Source: Stylophora pistillata (taxonomy: Eukaryota). Taken from it: a stretch of 64,000 bases of DNA. Numbering within the stretch: the first letter of the stretch is position 1; each line of letters begins with the position of its first letter. The notes under the pieces were generated by a model. That model searched no databases. It saw only the letters and a list, made by a program, of their open reading frames with translations, and had not been told where the DNA came from. Of this stretch, positions 37,964 through 64,000 are shown one piece after another. Position numbers and translations under genes: made by a program. The DNA is taken from contig NW_019217875.1 in assembly GCF_002571385.2 (NCBI RefSeq), positions 187,379-251,378 of the forward strand, given 5' to 3'.

Positions 37964-39457
37964 TTTCCCTCTAAGTCTTAGTCAGCAAAGTCGCTACGTT
38001 TCCATAACTAGAAACGGACTAAGTGAAACCTTGATCAAATGATAAATTAAGTTCACACTGACATCTCTTGAAATTTGCTTTTGATTGAACTGTGGACGAT
38101 TGATGAACTGATGTGACCACTCACGTTGCTCTCCATTTTCAGTAAAATTTGTCCTTCCGGTACGTGATAGGAAAGAAAAAGTTAATGACAGACTTCCTCT
38201 TCAAAACATAATTGAAAAACAGGCGTACCAAGTGCAGTGGATATTACCGCGTTTCCCTAATTAGAAACAGCATAGCCAGGTGTTTGCGGCCAAAAGTGTT
38301 TCAAAATGAATGCACGGGCGAGAAACAAGAGGAACCGGCAGAGTACCCTGTGAAAGGAATGGCGGGTGTTATGACCCGAAATTATAACAACGCTAAGGAG
38401 TGAATGCTGTGTACCTGCTCATCGATACTAATATTGCTATTTGTTTTCTAAAACTTACGATACCTTTGAAGGCGCGCTCCGATTGACAATTCAAACTCCG
38501 AATATCCTTTGCTATTCACCTCCGCGCATTCGAGCACAGGATTTTATACTCAAGAACTGATCATATCAATGAAAGAATAGGAGGATACGAGAGTGAATGG
38601 GGGAACACTTGTTACCAACGCTGTCTAGTCAAGGAACACTTGCTGGCGTTTTCCCTTCGATACAACACCGAAAACGGCTAACAACAAGTGATGCAAGTTA
38701 ACTTCTGTCAATATTCTGTTTTATTTATCTCAAATCCCAACTTTCCTGTGAAAGTTAAATCGATAAAAATATAAATTTGATTTTCTCACTTTTCAAAAGA
38801 CAATATCTCTGCGGAATCATTAGATTTTCTTAGCGTTAAAATCACGAAACGCATCAAAGTATCCGATAATCTATGATAAAACAACGTTTCATTAACTCTT
38901 TACTTTACAAACATTTCGATTTAAAAAAGCTCACATCTTGAGCTGCAAATGAAATTTCCTCACAACGCCAAACTTTCATTTCTGTTTTACTTCATAACCA
39001 AGAATTTTTTCGTTATTGTGCTACTCGCCTTCAAAACCTTCGAACTTCTGAACGAATCTAGAATACAAACACTTCATGTATGATCGTACTTATCGTTCTA
39101 AAGCCTTCGACTCTCGAGGAAAGGAAACAGTTTTCCAAATCTTATCAATTCACTCGGGCAAAAAGGTAATATTTTTACATCGTTAACTACTCAGCGACCA
39201 GCGCTGTTTGTGGTCACTGGACCGTTGTCTATGTCCAGTTTCGCGTGATCTTCACTCGCAGTAAGAGCTACACGGTGGAAATCCGGTCTCCTTTAAGATG
39301 GGGCTCCGTCGCGCGTAGGAACCTTGCGCACTTGTCTGTGCACCCGAGGAGCGTTCACCTCCCACACCTCTCGACCCAGTGACACAACACCCTTATGGAT
39401 TGGGTCCATATTGAGCATCAGTAGGAACTACAATCTTCGTCACCAATCCTTTCCCGG

Positions 39458-57065
<17,608 letters not shown>

Positions 57066-57207
57066 GGGCCTAAAGTAACATTCATTAATCTTCTGCTAAA
57101 GCCAGTCCATGTCAGTGGAGAAAAAGCGGAAAGAAATCGATGATTCAAGAAACAACTGACTTCTAATCATATGCTCCTTACAAAACATGAAATGGCTTTG
57201 GAGTTAA

Positions 57208-57238
57208 TCATGTGACGGTGAGATCGAGCTGTGATTGG
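57208..57238 (-). promoter_or_regulatory. Putative MBTPS1 proximal promoter: CCAAT box plus TCATGTGAC E-box
   Basis: ATTGG at 57234-57238 (CCAAT on the gene strand) and TCATGTGAC at 57208-57216, ~150 bp upstream of the ATG; possible 5'-UTR intron (donor ~57181, acceptor ~57070). Confidence 0.35.
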
Positions 57239-58049
57239 CTCAATGTCCCGGCGCACGGAAACAAACTGACCTTGTGAGGAATGTAATCGACCATTCAATA
57301 GCTTTATGGAGAAGTTATTGCTATTGGTAACTTAAAATTTTTCATGTTGGGGAAGACATAGAGAGGTCAGTTGAATTCGACATGCACACACAAGATAAGC
57401 ACAACTGGGCAATTGGATTATTTACCGGTCGTGCCTAAAGAGAATTCAACAAAAAAGAAAAAGAGGGGAATAAAACTGAGATAAAACTCGATCGCATTGA
57501 AGGATTGGTAGAATTAACTGCAAATAATAGAGGATGAAGAAATTTCGGTGAGACTGTACTCAAAGCTGGGATGAAAGACATACAAGTGATATTGTAGTTG
57601 GAAAAAAAACGAATAATTTTTGAGACACTACAGTCCAAGAGTAGTGGTCAGCGGTGTCCAACAGAAAAGTCGAGGGCAAGTTGAGAGGGCGGGGAGGAGT
57701 ACGCTGCCCATACACCCCAATCTTCCTAAGCTTTCATGTGTCCAAGCACCTGGTTTTCCCTTAAGCTATGGACATCCCTGGCAATTTCAATTTTTCATTT
57801 CTAGTACTTCGGAACTTATCAAGGCTGCTGAAAAACCAAAAATAAAAGGCTTTCGCTGAAACGCAAGCGGATACAAGCACGTTACACAGCGATGTCGTTA
57901 TACATCAATCTACTATAAACAACTCATAAATATAGAAATTAATGAGCCCTATCCCCTCCGGTTATAAATTTAATGTGCATTATAGTTAGTTTAGCGAAAC
58001 TCCTGACACTGACGTTCTTGACCTTGTAAAATGGAAACCAGTAGTCTAT

Positions 58050-58610
58050 ATTTACAAGCGAAGGCTTGCTTCCATAATGTACCAGGTCTATCATAATAGC
58101 TTACCTGATCGATTCGCAGCTCTATTTGAAACACGCAACAGCAATAATTCTTATAGTCTAATGCGTATAAATCATTTCTCACATGAGGTACGGTATAATA
58201 GCAACATTGGCAGAAATAGTGTAAGCTACAGAGGAGGATCCATTGTTTGAAATTTAATCCCTAAAGCCAACAAGGATTACGGCTTCCTCCAATTAACTTT
58301 TTAAACGAAAACTTAGACAGGCCTCGAATATAATAGACCAAATTCAATTCGAAAAAGAGGCCTGTATGGTAACATCAAAACAATCAGATTTCTTATACTT
58401 TTAGTTTTTATTTTTAGAAATTTTATTAATTAGATTTAAGGTTTTTATATTTAAGACTGTGCGTAAATATGGATTTTAATTGAGTTACTGGCAGGTCCAC
58501 ACCAGCCTTTAGGTTGCCGCAAACCGACCTGCCTTAATAAAAAGTATATGTATGTATGTATGTATGTAGTATGTGTGTATATATGTAGGTATATACGTAT
58601 GTATATGTTT
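58050..58610 (+). mobile_element. LINE 3' end remnant with (TATG)n tail
   Basis: ..MYQVYHNSLPDRFAALF..GRNSVSYRG.. then AATAAA and (TATG)n at ~58545-58605. Confidence 0.6.
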
Positions 58611-59850
58611 GTGGAGGAAAGAAACAAATAAACTACGCTTTCATCCCGACAAGCCTGTTTCGTGGTTGCCCACCCATTAGGGGATTTAATAAGAATATTC
58701 TTTACCATCACTTCTTACATACAAAATAATTTACATAATAACAATAATAAACATAGATCTAATCTATGCGACGCGAGGTTTAACAGTTCAGCTGTTGCGT
58801 ATGAGGGCTTTGTTTCTATGGCGGAAAGAAGACACGAGTTCATTATTACGTTTGTTGAGTGTAGAAAGTTTCGGTCGGTAAATGATTAGAGACTTTTCCT
58901 TTAGGCAGCGGTTGCATCTTTTGCTTGAGCTGTTGAACGGTGAATGCGTAGACAGGATGCGCCATGAAATATAGTGTTCGATGTTGTTGTCTTTGAGAGT
59001 CCAGATGTACTTGCTTAGTTCAGGTGAGTTTCTGTGTTTAGAGTGGCGGAATGATGCGGTATGGTTTCGGTATCTTGTTTTGAAGTCGTTTTCCTTGAGT
59101 CTGATGTATTTGTCTGTTGTGTTGTCAGTTATCGTTGCGTGTGACTGTAGCTTGGTAGATGACTGACGATTGTAGGCAGTTTCCTTCGAGTGGGCATGTG
59201 TTCTTTTGCCGGCAGTTGCATGTCTTCAAGTTCTTGTCTTGAGTGGTATTAGGGTTAGCTGTGGCGGTGTCGTTGGCTTGCGTGTATGGCTTTAGAATCT
59301 GCTTATTGTGGTTATCAATTATCTGTTTGGCGTTATTCATGCAGCTGTATCTTATTTTTATGGTGTTTCGGTTGAAGATTTTTCGGAGCTTGTTATCTTT
59401 AGGGAAGTGCTTGTCTATTAGGGCGAGGAACTTGTATCCGCTGTTAGTACTGGTGTTTTTGCTAAATGGAGGGGATGTACCAGATGGTGTAGTTGCGTTG
59501 TCTGTTTTTCCGTCTGTTTGTTGTTGGAGGTTCATACTGTAGTGTGTAGTGGTATCCGCTTTCGTCGATTGCTATCTGGTATGGAGGGACGGCTTGGTCA
59601 AAGGATGCTCTGTCGGAAGATAGGGAAGAAAGGCTTTTGTTGATGCCGGCGGGAATGTTCTTTGTAGTGATGGGCGGGTGCTTGCTCTCGCGTTAGACGT
59701 ATTGAAGTTCGGTGTTCGGTTTAGTGAAGGGCTGATAGGTGCTTTGGTTGAGGTTAAATGTGACTTCTAGGAAGTTAATGATTTGTTTGTTAGCTTCTAT
59801 GGTGATGCGTAGTCCGTTATTATTAAAGATGCGGCATATTTCTTTCTGTA
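58610..59850 (-). mobile_element. Penelope-like retroelement, 5'-truncated and degenerate (RT C-terminus plus GIY-YIG endonuclease)
   Basis: Translates to ..NGLRITIEANKQIINFLEVTFNL.., ..FLALIDKHFPKDNKLRKIFNRNTIK..YSCM.., CNCRQKNTCPLEGNCLQSSVIYQATV, FKTRYRNHTASF, ELSKYIWTLK, with frameshifts and stops. Confidence 0.9.
58643..58685 (-). ncRNA. Minimal hammerhead-ribozyme-like motif (core-mutated) at the 3' end of the Penelope element
   Basis: Minus strand ATCCC-CTAATGG-GTGG(GCAA)CCAC-GAAA-CAGGCTTGTC-GGGAT. Helix I is ATCCC/GGGAT, helix II has a GNRA loop, followed by GAAA and a GUC cleavage triplet. The core has 2 substitutions versus CUGAUGA. Confidence 0.65.
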
Positions 59851-60825
59851 TGTGTGTCCGTATCGCATTGTGGCGTACGAAGATGCCGAAGTAACATAAT
59901 TTTTCATTGCTGAGGTAAAATAAATATAAAGCTTAACTTCAGTGGCTTGTGAAGAGGTCTGTCTTATGTATTTACAAATCATAATATACACCACCANNNN
60001 NNNNNNNNNNNNNNNNNNNNNNNNNNNNNNNNNNNNNNNNNNNNNNNNNNNNNNNNNNNNNNNNNNNNNNNNNNNNNNNNNNNNNNNNNNNNNNNNNNNN
60101 NNNNNNNNNNNNNNNNNNNNNNNNNNNNNNNNNNNNNNNNNNNNNNNNNNNNNNNNNNNNNNNNNNNNNNNNNNNNNNNNNNNNNNNNNNNNNNNNNNNN
60201 NNNNNNNNNNNNNNNNNNNNNNNNNNNNNNNNNNNNNNNNNNNNNNNNNNNNNNNNNNNNNNNNNNNNNNNNNNNNNNNNNNNNNNNNNNNNNNNNNNNN
60301 NNNNNNNNNNNNNNNNNNNNNNNNNNNNNNNNNNNNNNNNNNNNNNNNNNNNNNNNNNNNNNNNNNNNNNNNNNNNNNNNNNNNNNNNNNNNNNNNNNNN
60401 NNNNNNNNNNNNNNNNNNNNNNNNNNNNNNNNNNNNNNNNNNNNNNNNNNNNNNNNNNNNNNNNNNNNNNNNNNNNNNNNNNNNNNNNNNNNNNNNNNNN
60501 NNNNNNNNNNNNNNNNNNNNNNNNNNNNNNNNNNNNNNNNNNNNNNNNNNNNNNNNNNNNNNNNNNNNNNNNNNNNNNNNNNNNNNNNNNNNNNNNNNNN
60601 NNNNNNNNNNNNNNNNNNNNNNNNNNNNNNNNNNNNNNNNNNNNNNNNNNNNNNNNNNNNNNNNNNNNNNNNNNNNNNNNNNNNNNNNNNNNNNNNNNNN
60701 NNNNNNNNNNNNNNNNNNNNNNNNNNNNNNNNNNNNNNNNNNNNNNNNNNNNNNNNNNNNNNNNNNNNNNNNNNNNNNNNNNNNNNNNNNNNNNNNNNNN
60801 NNNNNNNNNNNNNNNNNNNNNNNNA

Positions 60826-61845
60826 CATATGTTTCATATGTTTGTTGTTGTTTGATTTATCATCTACGGGTTTATGTCGAATTAATTTGATGGCCTGCTC
60901 CCAGTTGGCTTGTTAGCTCAATTGGTAGAGCGCTGCACTAGTATCGCAGAGGTCAGTGGTTCGAATCCCGTACAGGCCTGAAATTTTTTTCAGGTCTGAT
61001 TTTCACTATTGCTCAAATAGTGCTTTACTGCGAAGGATCGTGCACATATACGTTTCATAACCGCAGTTCATACATATGTTTCATATGTTTGTTGTTGTTT
61101 GATTTATCATCTACGGGTTTATGTCGAATTAATTTGATGGCCTGCTCCCAGTTGGCTTGTTAGCTCAATTGGTAGAGCGCTGCACTAGTATCGCAGAGGT
61201 CAGTGGTTCGAATCCCGTACAGGCCTGAAATTTTTTTCAGGTCTGATTTTCACTATTGCTCAAATAGTGCTTTACTGCGAAGGATCGTGCACATATACGT
61301 TTCATAACCGCAGTTCATACATATGTTTCATATGTTTGTTGTTGTTTGATTTATCATCTACGGGTTTATGTCGAATTAATTTGATGGCCTGCTCCCAGTT
61401 GGCTTGTTAGCTCAATTGGTAGAGCGCTGCACTAGTATCGCAGAGGTCAGTGGTTCGAATCCCGTACAGGCCTGAAATTTTTTTCAGGTCTGATTTTCAC
61501 TATTGCTCAAATAGTGCTTTACTGCGAAGGATCGTGCTCATATACGTCTCATAACCGCAGTTCACACATATGTTTCATATGTTTGTTGTTGTTTGATTTA
61601 TCATCTACGGGTTTATGTCGAATTAATTTGATGGCCTGCTCCCAGTTGGCTTGTTAGCTCAATTGGTAGAGCGCTGCACTAGTATCGCAGAGGTCAGTGG
61701 TTCGAATCCCGTACAGGCCTGAAATTTTTTTCAGGTCTGATTTTCACTATTGCTCAAATAGTGCTTTACTGCGAAGGATCGTGCTCATATACGTTTCATA
61801 ACCGCAGTTCACACATATGTTTCATATGTTTGTTGTTGTTTGATA
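60826..61845 (+). repeat. Tandem array of 247-bp units, each containing a tRNA-like (Thr-AGT-like) sequence and a Pol III terminator
   Basis: tRNA-like starts at 60907, 61154, 61401 and 61648 (period 247). A-box TAGCTCAATTGG, B-box GGTTCGAATCC, acceptor stem GGCTTGT/ACAGGCC, T7 run downstream. Units are nearly identical, and the array abuts the gap 59997-60825. Confidence 0.92.
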
Positions 61846-61995
61846 TTCCGAGAAATTAAGGAAATCAGATCCGATTCATGACGTGTCAGTACTGATCAAA
61901 GTTCAAAAGAGTTGCAAGAGGCTTCTCGAAATTTAAGATCGGTAGGAGCGATCCGGGCCGGTATTGCGATCATTTGGAAAATAAAACTGAGTCAA

Positions 61996-63177
61996 ATGGG
62001 TTTTCAGCTTGTCAGAATTGGTCAAGAATTCACAGACTTTGCTTTCAAGAATGTTTGTGAAAATGCGACCGAAAAGGACCTTGACTCGACAGCGCCAGTC
62101 GTATATGAAGTTATCACCGCAAGTTGTGCTGCGATGTTCTATTTGGTTATGTTCTCCTTGGGCATTTTCGGTGTTTGCTCCAGGTACTGTGCTAGAATCT
62201 CTTCTTCGCAAGGAGTGCTCTTTGTATTTTTCGTAGGGGTACTAATTACCTGTATAAATGCATTCACAAAGGCAAACAATCTCTGGGTGAAGGTGAGCTT
62301 CCGGCTCTTCACAGATCTAGTCATTGGAATTTTTTTCCCGATCTTTGGTGCCTGGCGTTTTTTTGAAATCCCAAACAGAGCTCAAGGAGAAGCCGACCCG
62401 CCGGGGAATGATAGACTGACTCTTGGTAAACAACAGCCTTCCATGGGTCTGGTAGTTTCCTTATTAACTTTTCCTCTGGTCATTATCGAGATTGTGCTGT
62501 TTGTCGCATCCCTGAGCTCCAACATAACAGACGAGGCGAAAGGAAGGTTGACCGTTTCAAAGTGGCACTATGTTAACGCGGACAAGTCTTTTTTCCTTTC
62601 TCAAAAGATTTTCCAAGTTTTTACCTATCTCTATCTGCGGAACACTACCATTTCCCAGGGTAAAGAGGAGAATGTTCAGTTTTATTTCAGATTATTGTCT
62701 TTTTTCAACTTTACCGAGTGGATAGACGCGCGAGTAAATGTAGAAGACGACATAGCTTTGAGTGGAATCAGTGCAGAAAATGATGGCTGGTTTAATTTAT
62801 TGACAGTGCTATACACAGCACTGATCATAGATTATCGTTTATTGTGTTCATTACTATTCCTTGAACATTCCATTGAAGTTCAAAATCACAACGCAGACCC
62901 GGCTAATGGGAATGATAATGGCGGCGGTAATCAAGAAATGTCGCCTTGTGATGAAATCAAAAGAGTTTGCGGTAATGCTCTTGGCAGTTTCTGTCTCATA
63001 GCCCCTGTATTCTGTGCTTTATATTTTGTGCGTGCATTCGATCTAAAACCATGGGTCAACATACTTGCTATTATTGTCAACGTTGTAATTACTGTTTGTG
63101 GAATTTGTCTCCTCCATTACAACGACTTGAGGGCCGATCCCAATCAACATAAAGAACCGAAAGGTGTTAAAATAATG
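61996..63177 (+). CDS. First large coding exon of a polytopic membrane protein, divergent otopetrin-like (gene continues past window end)
   Basis: Open frame of 394 codons from ATG 61996 to donor ATG|gtaagt at 63177/63178. About 9 hydrophobic segments. Motifs QKIFQVFTYLYL, LSFFNFTEW and TALIIDYRLLCSLLFLEH recall the otopetrin Q/N/Y helices. The CDS itself is well supported; the family assignment is tentative. Confidence 0.75.
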
Positions 63178-64000
63178 GTAAGTCTCCTTAAATTTATAGG
63201 TAAGGTAAGGTAAAGTCTTAAATTTATATGACAACTTAAAAAATGATTGATTTAAGTTAATATTTACGTCTCCTATAAGCCCCTTACAGTTCATTTCGAT
63301 GCCAAGACGTCGGTATCACAGAACGTTTTCCGAGAAATTTGTACGTTGGTGAAAGATTTCAGCGGTCGACGTTTTCATCGACATTGTCCTCAGTCTACTT
63401 GAAGAACCACCATATCTTTCTCCGCATACTCATTTCACGTTTATGGTCCATGCAATAGTGCAAATTAAGAGTAAAATCTGCTAAAATACCAGTTTGATTG
63501 CCGAAATGAGGTGAGAGTGAGATTTTCAAATCAAATTGTTATTATTTCTCGACTCTATCGACTTTGGCTAAGATCGCTTCGGGATCTATTAAATTGTGTT
63601 ATATCCGAATATGAGCCGCTGTTGAAAAGACTTTGATTAAAAAACTGTGCGGAAGCTGTTCAAGAACTTGTTGAATTGTGACTGTTCATTTGTAGGAATG
63701 AAGGCCTCCTCATTAAACTTCGTTTTGTATTCATCATAAACACGTGTCCTGAAAAGACACGTAGTCAAAGAATTAAAACGTAATAACAGCTGAAAGACAG
63801 AAAGACTAGGACTAAATTTGCGCTAGCAGAGTCTGTTGAGCGGTTCTGAAGGATCTCGATGTTATTTTATGTTTACAGCCGTTCTCAAGGATTTCGATGT
63901 TAGTTTATTTTTGGTGTTTCGTCTGGCCAACCACTGTGTGTCAAAGTAAACAAACGCAATAATGGGCAATACTCGACCCTTTTTTACCCTCTTATAGGTT

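Noticed and set aside
60826-61845. CRISPR-like array or cluster of functional tRNA-Thr genes
   Set aside because: Whole units are near identical with no unique spacers and the context is eukaryotic; the T stem has two mismatches and the anticodon stem one, so a decoding function is doubtful.
61912-61995. N-terminal extension of the 433-aa ORF in the track
   Set aside because: It starts at TTG; the first ATG is at 61996, and the ORF's last residues run into an intron after 63177.

Overview
Eukaryotic, intron-rich, AT-rich genomic DNA with several assembly gaps. The repeat content (Penelope-type elements, cnidarian-type tRNA SINEs, a tRNA-like tandem array) suggests a cnidarian, probably a stony coral; this is inference, not a database result. 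Three gene systems are present. (1) About 2-38 kb, minus strand: a tandem cluster of four paralogues that the ORF track fragments. They encode a small cell-surface protein with a signal peptide, Ser/Thr/Pro mucin stalk, SEA domain, divergent thrombospondin type-1 (TSR) domain and a hydrophobic C-terminal (GPI-like) tail. Only one copy (32177->24997, 8 exons, 299 aa) has an intact frame; the other three carry independent disabling lesions. Paired cysteine losses between paralogues point to the disulfide pattern. (2) 57065->39458, minus strand: a complete 28-exon site-1 protease gene (MBTPS1, 1063 aa) with an intact Asp/His/Ser triad. (3) From 61996 past the window end, plus strand: a large exon encoding a polytopic membrane protein with otopetrin-like motifs, about 150 bp downstream of a 247-bp tRNA-like tandem array. 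Mobile elements include hAT elements with CGGBP1-like transposase remnants, a solo LTR, LINE 3' ends, SINEs, MITEs and Penelope elements with hammerhead-ribozyme-like motifs. All exon models were assembled by hand from splice signals and frame continuity and need transcript confirmation.
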